The notes beneath the pieces are model-generated. The model saw only the letters and a list, made by a program, of their open reading frames with translations. It searched no databases and was not told the DNA's origin. From positions 483 through 33,432 of the forward strand of contig DNHH01000012.1 in NCBI GenBank assembly GCA_003485955.1: a DNA stretch of 32,950 nucleotides, given 5' to 3'. The stretch is from Opitutia bacterium (GTDB taxonomy: Bacteria; Verrucomicrobiota; Verrucomicrobiia; Opitutales; UBA953). Within the stretch, counting starts at the first letter, position 1; every line of letters starts with the position of its first letter. Below, piece by piece: positions 1 through 8,742 of the stretch. The translations under genes were made by a program, and so were the position numbers.

Positions 1-183
1 CTTGCTCCTGGAGTGTGCGAGTTTCAGTCATGGGTATTTTAAATTCCTCTTAACGCCCAAAGAGTCAAAGGCCTGAATTACCCTGAGCTTATAGGCGAAT
101 TGTATGCAGGTGTTTCCCTTTAGTGACTAGGCTCCTGACTATCGAAAACCCATTGGACTAAAATTGCCATCGAATCATGCAAA

Positions 184-1392
184 ATGCATTTGCTCAGAAA
201 GGAAGACAACTCAAGCATTGCCCATTCTTCTATGTCGTTTGACTTCGATAGTTGTCCCGACCGCTCAACAAGCGACAGCACCAAGTGGCATAAGTACACT
301 GGGCGTGACATCATCCCTTCGTGGATTGCCGATATGGATTTCACTTCGCCTCCAGAAGTCGTCGAAGCAGTACGGGCGCGCGCAGCTCACGGTGTTTATG
401 GTTACCCCGCTCAGCGCGACCGTACGTTTGAGGCGGTGGTGAATCACGTTAAAAACCGGCATCAATGGACGATTGGTAAAGAAACCATCACTTTCATGTG
501 TTCGCTGGTTCCGGGAATTCATGCTGCGATCCGCATGGGTTGCGCACCGGGACAGTCTGTCGTCAGCACTTTCCCTGTATACCCACCATTTTTGAATGCG
601 CCGACGCTTTCGGAGCGCGGATTGCTTAAAGTCCCCATGGCTTTTGAAAACGGACAATGGACGTTTGACTGGGCCGCACTCGAGAAAGCATGCGCGCAAC
701 CTGAAGCGAAAGTGCTCTTGTTGTGCAGCCCTTACAATCCATTGGCGCGCGTCTTCTCGCGCGAAGAGTTGCTGCGTATAGCTGAGTTGGCGAAGCGCCA
801 TGACTTGCTCGTTTGCTCTGACGAAATCCATTGCGACCTGGTTCTCGACCCGAAGATTAAACACACCGTTTTCGCGACGTTATCTGATGATACCGCCGCT
901 CGCACAGTTACTCTCATGGCTGCGAGTAAGACCTATAATGTGGCTGGGCTAACCTGCGGATTTGCAATTATCACTGATAGCGCGGTACGCACCCGCTTCC
1001 GCAGGATTTTACAGGGCCTTTCGTTGGACCAAAATATTTTTGGCATGGCGGCAACAGAGGCTGCTTTCAATCACGGCGAGCCTTGGCGTTTAGCCGTGAT
1101 TGATTACCTTCGTGGCAATGTTGATCTCATCGAGAGGGAGTTGAAGGACATGCCTGGGCTTGTGTTGCGGCAGCGTCCACAGGCGAGTTTCTTAGCTTGG
1201 ATTGATGCAACTGCACTCGGTTACGAAGATCCACATGCAGCCTTTGAGCAGGGTGGCGTCGGTCTTGGTAATGGTGCCGACTTTGCGGGTGCAGGGCACG
1301 TGCGCATTAACTTTGGATGTCCAAGAGATCGCCTACGCGAAATTTTGCGACGTATGAAGGCCGTCGTCGCGAAAGCGCCTGGACGGCGTTAA
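184..1392 (+). CDS. patB: PLP-dependent C-S lyase / cystathionine beta-lyase of the MalY/PatB aminotransferase class I/II family
   Basis: 402-aa ORF. It has the N-terminal FDFD..DRSTSDSTKW and IPSWIADMDF motifs and SKTYNVAGL (the PLP-lysine context), all typical of MalY/PatB. By family N-termini the true start is probably ATG 232 (MSFDFD...). Confidence 0.85.
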   Translation: MHLLRKEDNSSIAHSSMSFDFDSCPDRSTSDSTKWHKYTGRDIIPSWIADMDFTSPPEVVEAVRARAAHGVYGYPAQRDRTFEAVVNHVKNRHQWTIGKETITFMCSLVPGIHAAIRMGCAPGQSVVSTFPVYPPFLNAPTLSERGLLKVPMAFENGQWTFDWAALEKACAQPEAKVLLLCSPYNPLARVFSREELLRIAELAKRHDLLVCSDEIHCDLVLDPKIKHTVFATLSDDTAARTVTLMAASKTYNVAGLTCGFAIITDSAVRTRFRRILQGLSLDQNIFGMAATEAAFNHGEPWRLAVIDYLRGNVDLIERELKDMPGLVLRQRPQASFLAWIDATALGYEDPHAAFEQGGVGLGNGADFAGAGHVRINFGCPRDRLREILRRMKAVVAKAPGRR

Positions 1393-2138
1393 GAGTGCTT
1401 CACTTGCTGGCTCAATACCTGGGTTGCAATGATGCAGGCCAGTGCGGCGTTTTCAGCGCGCAGTACCGCATGGCCAAGTGAAATTGGTCTGAATCCTGCA
1501 TGCCGAGCGGCAGCGAGCTCTTCGGGGTTCAAGTCTCCTTCAGGGCCCACGAGCCAGACGACTCGCGTAATACCAGTTAGCCGAAGTAGTCCGACCGGTT
1601 CGGCATCAATTTCCAAGGATGCGGTTAATCGTAATTCACCTTCTGTTATAGGCGGTAAGGCATCGCACCAAGCGCGAAAGTAATTCGGTGTCTGTACTTT
1701 GGCTGCCCAAGGATTTCCGCATTGCTTACAGGCCTCGATAACTTGATCGCGCCAACGCTCTGCTTTCGCTTGTGAGCGCTCGGCGTCTAGCCTGACTTCG
1801 CAGCGCGCCGTCATTAACGGCTGGATTTCGTTAACTCCCGCTTCAGCGACCGAGCGAACTAGGTCATCCATCGTGCCGCCTTTCGGCATAGACTGAACGA
1901 GCGTGACATGGGGAAAGGATTCAGGCGCGCGCGAAACTTTGAGTAACTCGATGATGGCGGCGTTGCCATCGGCACTGCTTAAACGCCCTTCGGCAATCAT
2001 GCCTGAGCCATCGAGAACAACTACAACGTCTCCGCGGCGGGCGCGCAGACTGCGCACCAGGTGACCGCTTTCTTCCGGCGAGAGGGTGACGGTTGTTGCG
2101 CCGGGGCGCAGAGGTTTTTCAAGCCAAGCACGTAGCAT
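1389..2138 (-). CDS. rsmE: 16S rRNA (uracil1498-N3)-methyltransferase RsmE
   Basis: 249-aa ORF with the size and layout of RsmE: an N-terminal PUA-like part and a C-terminal SPOUT fold with LVGPEGDLNPEEL (the GPEGG-type motif). It starts 3 nt after the thiH stop. Its stop overlaps the patB stop on the opposite strand. Confidence 0.85.
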   Translation of the reverse strand: MLRAWLEKPLRPGATTVTLSPEESGHLVRSLRARRGDVVVVLDGSGMIAEGRLSSADGNAAIIELLKVSRAPESFPHVTLVQSMPKGGTMDDLVRSVAEAGVNEIQPLMTARCEVRLDAERSQAKAERWRDQVIEACKQCGNPWAAKVQTPNYFRAWCDALPPITEGELRLTASLEIDAEPVGLLRLTGITRVVWLVGPEGDLNPEELAAARHAGFRPISLGHAVLRAENAALACIIATQVLSQQVKHS

Positions 2139-2141
2139 AAA

Positions 2142-3281
2142 TTATTTAGGAATCGCCTCCGCTTGGTCATACGATGCATCCCAGTCTTTCCAGATAGTTT
2201 CGTAGCCAGCGGCGCTGAGCATTGTGGAAACTTCAGCGGGAGAGCGCGTATCTTCAATCGAGAATTGCTCCAAGGATGCTTCCGCACCTTCGGAGTAGCC
2301 TGCGGGATTTGTTCGCGAGCCAGCCGACATCGCAGTGACGCCAATACGAAAGGCTTTATCGCGAAACGCCGCACTTTCGCGCGTACTTAAATTCAGCTCA
2401 ACTTCTCCGTTCAAGAGACGGAATGCGCAGATTGCTTGGACGAGATCCCGGTCCGTCATTTCAACCTTTGGCTTAAGGTTACCTTCATGTGGACGTAAAC
2501 GAGGGAATGATACGCTGAATCGGCTCCGCCAGTGTTTGCGCTCAAGCCAGTCGAGGTGCAGTGCCGTGAAGAAGCACTCCGTCCGCCAATCTTCGAGGCC
2601 AAAGAGTGCCCCTAAGCCAATCTTATGTACCCCTGCTTGCCCTACGCGATCTGGGGCATCTAGTCGCCAGCCAAACTCGGATTTGCGACCTTTCGGGTGA
2701 TGTGTGCGGTATGTCTCCGCATGGTAAGTTTCTTGGTAAACTAAGATGGCGTTTAATCCATGCTGTCGGAGCCGGACATATTCTTCGACCTCTAAGGGCT
2801 GTACTTCCATTGATAACGACGCGAAGTGTGGACGTAGTAGGTCGAGCGCTTGAACGAAATAATCCACGCCAACCTTCGTCGATTCCCCTGTTAGTAGCAG
2901 CGCATGATCAACGCCGAGTTTACGAATGGCGGCAGCTTCGCGAAGGATTTCAACCGGGTTAAGTGTTCGCCGTGGGACTTTATTTCCCGCGCTATAGCCG
3001 CAATAGGTACAAACATTCTGACACTCATTCGAAAGGTATGCGGGTGCAAAGAGCTGCATCGTTCGTCCGAATCGCTGGACGGTGCGTGCGTGGCTCAGTT
3101 GAGCCATTGTCTCGAGGTAGGGTTGCGCTGCCGGAGAGATGAGCGCGCGAAAATCATCGAGTTGGCAGTTGCCGGCTTTCGCTCGCTCAAGTGCCTGGAG
3201 AACGTCTTTTTCTGTACACGCAGCAATGCTAGCTCGGGTAATGTCCCAAGGGTGGGCGGCATGGACTTCGGCAAAAGACAC
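2142..3281 (-). CDS. thiH: 2-iminoacetate synthase (tyrosine lyase) ThiH, radical SAM
   Basis: 379-aa ORF. It has the radical-SAM CxxxCxxC motif (CQNVCTYCGYS) and is collinear by eye with E. coli ThiH: YLSNxCxNxCTYCG, LLLTGE, EVQPL, VYQETYH, IGLGAL, SFPRLRP, AFRLL, LSTRES, WKDWD. Confidence 0.9.
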   Translation of the reverse strand: MSFAEVHAAHPWDITRASIAACTEKDVLQALERAKAGNCQLDDFRALISPAAQPYLETMAQLSHARTVQRFGRTMQLFAPAYLSNECQNVCTYCGYSAGNKVPRRTLNPVEILREAAAIRKLGVDHALLLTGESTKVGVDYFVQALDLLRPHFASLSMEVQPLEVEEYVRLRQHGLNAILVYQETYHAETYRTHHPKGRKSEFGWRLDAPDRVGQAGVHKIGLGALFGLEDWRTECFFTALHLDWLERKHWRSRFSVSFPRLRPHEGNLKPKVEMTDRDLVQAICAFRLLNGEVELNLSTRESAAFRDKAFRIGVTAMSAGSRTNPAGYSEGAEASLEQFSIEDTRSPAEVSTMLSAAGYETIWKDWDASYDQAEAIPK

Positions 3282-3362
3282 GCTGCTAACTTAGAAGCGA
3301 AAGGGCGGAGCGCAAGCGTCTCGGGCGTTGCAGAGGTCACGGCTTGCCCTCAAATTAACGCC

Positions 3363-4076
3363 GTGCCCGATCTGCGCGCCGAACTCATTTCGAAGGCCTA
3401 TGGTAGTATACAGGTCTTAAAAGGTATTAGCCTGCACCTAAGACCGGCCGAACTCGTTTGTATGATTGGTTCTTCTGGCTGCGGGAAGTCGACCCTCCTG
3501 CGCTGTCTCAATGGACTGGAGCCTGTGGATGGGGGCTCGATTACTTTGGATGGAGCCCCGGTTTCCCCCCTTGATCTTCGTCGTCGTGTTGGCTTGGTCT
3601 TTCAGGGATTTCATCTCTTCCCGCATTTAGATGTGATGGGCAATCTGCTGCTCGCACCTGGACTATTGCGGCCTAAGTTTGCAAAAGAAGATACGGATTA
3701 CGCCGAGCAATTACTCGCGCGGGTTGGCGTGTCGCCAGAGCTGTTTAACCGTCGGCCGCACCAACTTTCTGGCGGACAGCAACAGCGCGTCGCCATTGCT
3801 CGCGCACTTGCGCTGCGCCCGGACGCCGTGCTCTACGATGAGCCGACGAGTGCACTTGATCCTGAGCGAACGGCCGACGTCGTCGCGCTCATTCGTGACC
3901 GCCAGCAAGAAGGTCTCGCCCAAATTGTTGTCACACATGACATGCCCTTTGCGCGGGCGCTTGCGTGTCGCACCATCCACCTTGACCACGGCGAAGTTGT
4001 GGCAGATGCGGCAGATTTACTCACGGCACCGCGCGATGAGCGCACCCAGCGCTTTTTGCGCTCATGTTTAGCATGA
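3363..4076 (+). CDS. Polar amino-acid ABC transporter ATP-binding protein (GlnQ/HisP-like)
   Basis: Walker A GSSGCGKST, signature LSGGQQQRVAIARAL, Walker B VLYDEPTSALD and H-loop VVTHDM. The track ORF starts at 2904, but that stretch is antisense to thiH. GTG 3363 gives a family-typical 237-aa protein; ATG 3261 is an alternative start. Confidence 0.9.
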   Translation: MPDLRAELISKAYGSIQVLKGISLHLRPAELVCMIGSSGCGKSTLLRCLNGLEPVDGGSITLDGAPVSPLDLRRRVGLVFQGFHLFPHLDVMGNLLLAPGLLRPKFAKEDTDYAEQLLARVGVSPELFNRRPHQLSGGQQQRVAIARALALRPDAVLYDEPTSALDPERTADVVALIRDRQQEGLAQIVVTHDMPFARALACRTIHLDHGEVVADAADLLTAPRDERTQRFLRSCLA

Positions 4077-5557
4077 GATATGCGCTCTTATTGTTAATGG
4101 CGTCGCTTGCGGCGCGTGAACCGTTGCCCGAGTTAACCTGGGGCGCTGCCACCGACGGTAATGTGCCATATGCGTTTCACCCCGACGACACCGATGCGCT
4201 GGTGGGTTTTGAGAAAGACATTGTCGATGCCATTGCCCGTCGCATTGGGCGTCAGCCAAAGGCTATTCGCAATGATTGGGATGGCCTAGTTCCGGGCGTA
4301 CAAGCTGGCACATACGATATAGCCATCAACGGAATTGAGATCAGCGATGACCGAGCCAAGGAAGTCGATTTTTCCATTCCTTATTTCAAATGCTATGAAC
4401 AAATCGTGGTTCGTCGCGGTGGCCCACGTCCTGAATCGCTTGCAGCGATGTCGGGTTTGCGTGTGGGTACGCTCGGTCAGACCCTGGCGCTTGAATTATT
4501 GGAGAATACTCCCGGCGTTGAGGCCGTCCGTTACGACCAAGAATTACAGGCTTACAACGATCTCGCCGCCGGCCGTATCGACGCCGTCCTTCTAGATGTA
4601 CCGATTGCCAAGTATTATGCCGGGCCTGATCCGCGCCTTGAATTAATTGGCGAGCCGATTGGAGAAATTCGTTACGCCATTGCTTTGCGGAAAGGGAGTG
4701 CCCTAAAGGTCCCGATTGATGCTGCCTTACGTAGTATGATCGCGGACGGTGAACTAAGGCGGATTCTTTCTAAGTGGGATCTCTGGGGGCCTGCTCAAGC
4801 GTCTTTGCACGGGCAACCCCCTGAGCCACTCGGAACGCCCGATGGCTACCTTGATTATTTGAGCCGGGTGCGTGACTCAGTTTCTTGGATAGAGAAACTC
4901 GCCCGGTATTTTTCGCCCGAAGCCCTCGCGCTCTTAGCCAAAGGCGCTAGTTTGACGCTCGCACTTTCTTTGAGTGCCATGCTTCTGGCGGTTGCACTTG
5001 GCCTTATCCTTGCGCTCGCACGTGTTTATGGTCCGACTCCACTTTCGTGGATAGCGACAACGTGGATTGAGGTTATTCGCGGAACGCCCCTGCTTATCCA
5101 AACCCTCTTTCTGTATTATGGATTGCCCAATATCGGCATCCAGTTCCCGCCGTTTGTGGCTGGTGTCTTGGCGCTGGGAATAAACTACGCTGCGTACGAA
5201 GCGGAGAATTATCGAAGTGGCTTACGCGGCGTTCCCCGAGGGCAACTCGAAGCAGCTTTAGCTTTGGGGCTTACACAGCGCCAGGCACTGCGGCACGTGA
5301 TTGTTCCACAAGCACTGCGCGTGTGCCTGCCGACAATGACGAACGACTTCATTAGCCTCCTGAAAGATTCATCCCTTGTCTCGATGATTACGTTGCTCGA
5401 ACTCACAGGGTCCTACCAGCGACTCGCCACGCAGTACTACGATTACTTTTTGTTAGGCCTACTCGTGGCAATTATCTACTTATTACTCGGTCTGCCGTTT
5501 GTACGGCTAGCACGTCAACTCGAGCGTAATCTCGATGGTGATAAAGCCGCACGCTAG
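4073..5557 (+). CDS. Fused periplasmic amino-acid-binding protein (family 3) plus ABC permease (HisM/GlnP type)
   Basis: Signal-like N-terminus MRYALLLLMASLAA. The SBP_bac_3-like half has GFEKDIVDAIARRIG, WDGLVPGVQAGTYDIAINGIEISDDR and DAVLLDVPIAKYY. This is followed by about 5 TM segments and an EAA loop (GQLEAALALGLTQRQALRHVIVPQALR). ATG 4073 overlaps the ATPase stop as ATGA; ATG 4064 is an alternative start. Confidence 0.85.
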   Translation: MRYALLLLMASLAAREPLPELTWGAATDGNVPYAFHPDDTDALVGFEKDIVDAIARRIGRQPKAIRNDWDGLVPGVQAGTYDIAINGIEISDDRAKEVDFSIPYFKCYEQIVVRRGGPRPESLAAMSGLRVGTLGQTLALELLENTPGVEAVRYDQELQAYNDLAAGRIDAVLLDVPIAKYYAGPDPRLELIGEPIGEIRYAIALRKGSALKVPIDAALRSMIADGELRRILSKWDLWGPAQASLHGQPPEPLGTPDGYLDYLSRVRDSVSWIEKLARYFSPEALALLAKGASLTLALSLSAMLLAVALGLILALARVYGPTPLSWIATTWIEVIRGTPLLIQTLFLYYGLPNIGIQFPPFVAGVLALGINYAAYEAENYRSGLRGVPRGQLEAALALGLTQRQALRHVIVPQALRVCLPTMTNDFISLLKDSSLVSMITLLELTGSYQRLATQYYDYFLLGLLVAIIYLLLGLPFVRLARQLERNLDGDKAAR

Positions 5558-5577
5558 GCGGCGCCAGCGGCGTTTTC

Positions 5578-5958
5578 TTAGAGTAATTGCTTATACTGGT
5601 CCGCTGTGAGCAGTGCTTGCGCAGCAGCGGCATTATCCAGCTTGATACGAATCATCCAAGCACCCGTGTAGGGCTCGCGATTAACGAGATCAGGCGAGCC
5701 GTTAAGTTCAGCATTCACGCCAATAATTGTTCCAGCAACGGGACAGTAGAGATCGGAGGCAGCCTTAACCGATTCGACAGTTCCGAAAACTGCATGTTCT
5801 GCGAAGGTCGCGCCTACCTTAGGGAGATCAACAAAGGTAACGTCGCCGAGAGCGGCCTGGGCATGATCGGTAATGCCAATGGTAGCGGTACCGTCATTTT
5901 CAAGGCGCAGCCACTCGTGGTCTTTGGTGTAGCGAAGGTCGGAAGGGAGGGAGCTCAT
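5578..5958 (-). CDS. gcvH: Glycine cleavage system protein H
   Basis: 126-aa ORF with the lipoyl-lysine motif GTVESVKAASDLYCPVAG and the typical N-terminus YTKDHEWL. It lies immediately downstream of gcvT. Confidence 0.95.
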   Translation of the reverse strand: MSSLPSDLRYTKDHEWLRLENDGTATIGITDHAQAALGDVTFVDLPKVGATFAEHAVFGTVESVKAASDLYCPVAGTIIGVNAELNGSPDLVNREPYTGAWMIRIKLDNAAAAQALLTADQYKQLL

Positions 5959-6006
5959 GGGGAAGGTTAGTGAAAGGAAGGGGTCTCAGGAAAATAGTTC
6001 AATCCC

Positions 6007-7098
6007 TCACTTCACAAAAGGTTCTGCAGAAATTTCCAAAGGAATTCGATTCCCACGAATGTCCACAGTAAGGTTTCCTTTGGCTAGGGCATCTGAGCTA
6101 ATTAAAGCCGTGCCAATTGGCTTATTGAGTAAAGGCGAGTGCGTGCCTGAAAGGACCTCGCCAACTTTAGCGTCTCCAGCAAAGACGGGCGTTCCTTGGC
6201 GGGCAATGCGTCGATCGGCCAATGAGAAGAGTACGACTGAAGAGGATAGGGCGCCATCGGCCTGCTTCTTAAGTGCTTCGCGGCCGATAAACTCAGGCTT
6301 GGAGAACTTAACCGTCCAACCTAGGCCAGCTTGAATCGGTGAAATGACCTCGGAGATTTCATGTCCATAGAGCGGGTAGCCAGCTTCGAGTCGCAGGGAG
6401 TCGCGCGCGCCTAGGCCCGTCAGGAGGAGTCCGTGTGGTTTGCCCGCAGCTAAAATGGCCTCAGCAACTTTGGTGGCACTCGCCGCCGGCAAATAGATTT
6501 CAAAGCCAGGTGAACCCGTGTAGCCAGTCCGGGAGATGATGCAGTCGCTGACATTTGCGACAGTGGTGACGACAAAGGCAAAGCGCTTGATGCTATCGAG
6601 TTTTACGGAAGTGAGGGACGCTAAGATCGCTTCAGCCGCTGGTCCCTGTAAGGCTAGTTGGCCCCACTGCGCGCACTCGTCGGCGATTTTGACTTGGGAT
6701 GAGCCGACCTGTGCACGTAGCCACGCAATGTCTTTCGGAGCATTGGAAGCATTGAGGCAGATGAGGAATTCTTCGGGTCCAAGGCGATAGACAATGAGGT
6801 CGTCGACACAGCCACCATCCGGCTGACAGAGAATGGTGTAGCGCGCCATACCCACAGGAATCGTGGCCATGGTGTTGGTCATTACGCGGTCAAGAAACAC
6901 AGCCGCATCTTTGCCGGTTACACGACATTCACCCATGTGACTGACATCAAATAGGCCTGCGGTGCGGCGTACAGCCAAGTGTTCTTCGAGGATGCCGGTA
7001 TACTGAACGGGCATCTCCCAGCCGGCAAACGGCACCATGCGTGCCCCGTTGGCAACGTGGAAGGCATAGAGGGGCGTGCGGCTTAGGTTTTCGGACAT
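6007..7098 (-). CDS. gcvT: Glycine cleavage system aminomethyltransferase T
   Basis: 363-aa ORF with N-terminus RTPLYAFHVANGARMVPFAGWEMPVQY and LFDVSHMG, both characteristic of GcvT. It is followed by gcvH. Confidence 0.95.
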   Translation of the reverse strand: MSENLSRTPLYAFHVANGARMVPFAGWEMPVQYTGILEEHLAVRRTAGLFDVSHMGECRVTGKDAAVFLDRVMTNTMATIPVGMARYTILCQPDGGCVDDLIVYRLGPEEFLICLNASNAPKDIAWLRAQVGSSQVKIADECAQWGQLALQGPAAEAILASLTSVKLDSIKRFAFVVTTVANVSDCIISRTGYTGSPGFEIYLPAASATKVAEAILAAGKPHGLLLTGLGARDSLRLEAGYPLYGHEISEVISPIQAGLGWTVKFSKPEFIGREALKKQADGALSSSVVLFSLADRRIARQGTPVFAGDAKVGEVLSGTHSPLLNKPIGTALISSDALAKGNLTVDIRGNRIPLEISAEPFVK

Positions 7099-7134
7099 GG
7101 ATTAAACGTGGTCGAGTGTGCGGAATGTTCCAAT

Positions 7135-7162
7135 AAAAAAGCCCAGCAATCACGCTGGGCTT
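7135..7162 (-). terminator. Rho-independent terminator of the upstream lipoprotein gene
   Basis: Minus-strand read: AAGCCCAGC-GTGATT-GCTGGGCTT, a perfect 9-bp stem with a 6-nt loop, followed by TTTTTT. It begins 18 nt after the stop at 7180. Confidence 0.8.
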
Positions 7163-7179
7163 AATCGCTGATCGTAAAA

Positions 7180-8532
7180 TCAGAGACGGCGTAGCTCTTT
7201 ATCGAGTTGTGCTAAAAGCACACGGTACTGCTCGCGAGTGACTTCTCCGTTGCGGACTTGCCGTTCCAGCAAGCCTTTGCGAGCGGTGTACTCGGAGTAT
7301 ATGCGCGCGCGGCTTTCTGCCTGTGCAGCGGCCAATGCAGCGGATAAACCGGTTTCGGATGTAGGTGCGGGCGCAGGTGCGGCGACGGGCTGGGCAACGG
7401 GCTGGGCAACGGGTTGGGCGCGCTGATTGCTTTCGCTCGTCAGTTTTTCTTGGGCCAGATTGTTTTCAAGCGCAACGATACGTGCTTGAGCAGCGGCAAG
7501 CTTTTGGGCGGCTTCTTGATCTGGATTGGCTTTGGACTCGAGTACTTGTCGGGCAAGATCGTCAACGCGAGAGCTCACAGCCTTTGCGGACTGCTCAAGT
7601 TTCTCGGCTGTCTCTTTTGCGGCATTACGCTGTTTCTCGGCTTTATCGGTGAGAGCTTGTAGGTCGTCTTCGCTGACCCCACCTGTATTTTTAGTAAGGT
7701 CTTCGCGAACGACGATGGCAGCTGCCAGGGTTGCGTTAGCGTCTTGGATAATCTTCTGAATCTCGGCAATCTTTGCATTTGATTCTTCGAGTGTTTTGCG
7801 AGCGGCATCGAGTTCTTCGATGCTCTGCTTAGGAGGCACTTCGCGTTTTTCTTGCATCGACTCGAGTAAGGTGATGCGTTCGGCGACTGCTTTTTGAGAT
7901 TGGCGTGCTTTTTCTTCGGCCGTAACTGCCGAGGCTAAGTTTGCGCGAAGCGAATCTTCGGTTTTGTTTAGATCAATTGCCGCCGCGGATTCATTTTCAG
8001 AGGGTTTGGTTTTGGCATCTTCGATGGCTTTCGCGAGCGCTTCTTCAGCTCTCTCAACAGACTTACGAGCGGCGGCTGCGAGGGCGTCTAGTTTTTGTGC
8101 AACTTGCTTGGCTTCGGCTAAATCAGCTTCCAGCGTACCGTAGGTTTCTGGGTTAGCGCCAAAGGGCAGCAATGATGCAGATTTTAACTCATCGAACTCT
8201 TTAATATCTTCAGCAGGTACTGCTCCGTCGGCAGCTGTTAATTCAACCGTAATCGCGTCTGAGAAGCCGTAGTCGTTATTCTTCAACGAAGGCCGCACGA
8301 TAATTGTTCGGGTCGCTTGGCCGGATGCCGAAACGGTGATTTCGTGATTTCGTGAGCGTTCAAGCTGTACGCGGATTGGTGCGCGTCCAACGCGGACATT
8401 GTCGACTTGGACCATGGCTCCGTTGGGTTTGGAGTTCACCATCACTGAGTCTTTGAGTTCGGCGTCTCCAGAGGCACATCCAATTAAAAGGGCACTCGTT
8501 GCGACGCACAGATACTTAGGGAGCTTCGTCAT
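7180..8532 (-). CDS. Lipoprotein with an N-terminal PEGA-like domain, a long coiled-coil, a (QPVA)3/AP-rich linker and a SHOCT-like C-terminal helix; function unknown
   Basis: Lipobox LLIGC at residues 16-19. The PEGA-like stretch is KPNGAMVQVDNVRVGRAPIRVQL..HEITVSASG. About 250 aa are Ala/Glu/Lys-rich with heptad character. The C-terminus LLERQVRNGEVTREQYRVLLAQL resembles the SHOCT motif. A clean terminator lies downstream. Confidence 0.7.
   Translation of the reverse strand: MTKLPKYLCVATSALLIGCASGDAELKDSVMVNSKPNGAMVQVDNVRVGRAPIRVQLERSRNHEITVSASGQATRTIIVRPSLKNNDYGFSDAITVELTAADGAVPAEDIKEFDELKSASLLPFGANPETYGTLEADLAEAKQVAQKLDALAAAARKSVERAEEALAKAIEDAKTKPSENESAAAIDLNKTEDSLRANLASAVTAEEKARQSQKAVAERITLLESMQEKREVPPKQSIEELDAARKTLEESNAKIAEIQKIIQDANATLAAAIVVREDLTKNTGGVSEDDLQALTDKAEKQRNAAKETAEKLEQSAKAVSSRVDDLARQVLESKANPDQEAAQKLAAAQARIVALENNLAQEKLTSESNQRAQPVAQPVAQPVAAPAPAPTSETGLSAALAAAQAESRARIYSEYTARKGLLERQVRNGEVTREQYRVLLAQLDKELRRL
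7385..7420. repeat. 3 x 12-nt in-frame tandem repeat encoding (QPVA)3
   Basis: ACGGGCTGGGCA / ACGGGCTGGGCA / ACGGGTTGGGCG on the + strand, inside the lipoprotein CDS. An AP-repeat coding stretch follows in the protein. Confidence 0.9.
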
Positions 8533-8653
8533 ATTAGTAGAAGGGGGTGGCCAAATTTATCATCAAGGACGGCCCTTCTTCAACCCCAATCAAGTTCTGT
8601 AAACGAGGTTGACCCTGTTCGGGACCTCAAAATGCTCTTTGGCCTAGAAGGTC

Positions 8654-8729
8654 GCCAGCATAGCTCAATTGGCAGAGCAGCCGTTTTGTAAGCGGCAGGT
8701 TGTCGGTTCAACTCCGTCTGCTGGCTCCA
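8654..8729 (+). tRNA. tRNA-Thr (anticodon UGU)
   Basis: 76-nt cloverleaf folded by hand. Acceptor GCCAGCA/TGCTGGC. D arm GCTC-AATTGGCA-GAGC. Anticodon arm GCCGT-TTTGTAA-GCGGC. T arm GTCGG-TTCAACT-CCGTC with one U-U mismatch. Discriminator T plus an encoded CCA. Confidence 0.85.
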
Positions 8730-8742
8730 CCTTCCTGTCTTC

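Noticed and set aside
1-31. Apparent start of a minus-strand gene (ATGACTGAAACTCGCACACTCCAGGAGCAAG = MTETRTLQEQ..) running off the left edge.
   Set aside because: Only 10 codons are visible, so neither the coding status nor the product can be supported.
265-864. 199-aa ORF antisense to patB. Similar shadow ORFs occur at 2335-2700, 12192-12587, 27504-27971 and 28393-28743.
   Set aside because: Each lies entirely inside a strongly supported gene on the opposite strand. They have Arg/Ser/Cys-rich, low-information composition and no recognisable motifs. These are typical antisense-frame artefacts in moderately GC-rich DNA.
2904-3362. Long N-terminal extension of the ABC ATPase ORF (the track ORF starts at 2904).
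   Set aside because: The extension is antisense to the conserved 5' part of thiH and has no ABC-family similarity. The family-typical N-terminus begins at GTG 3363.
3282-3362. Possible TPP (THI-box) riboswitch upstream of thiH.
   Set aside because: The region is about 80 nt and lacks the CUGAGA and pyrimidine-sensor consensus segments. Only generic GC-rich pairing is visible. A covariance-model scan would be decisive.
5546-5576. Small GC hairpins between the ABC permease and gcvH that might act as a bidirectional terminator: GCCGC-ACGCTAG-GCGGC, and CGCC-AGC-GGCG followed by TTTT.
   Set aside because: The stems are only 4-5 bp. The U-tract is 3-4 nt, and part of the structure lies inside the permease coding sequence. 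This is too weak to call.
7099-7134. Expected glycine riboswitch upstream of gcvT.
   Set aside because: Only 36 nt separate the gcvT start from the terminator of the upstream gene. That is far too short for a glycine aptamer, and no aptamer-like conserved elements are visible.
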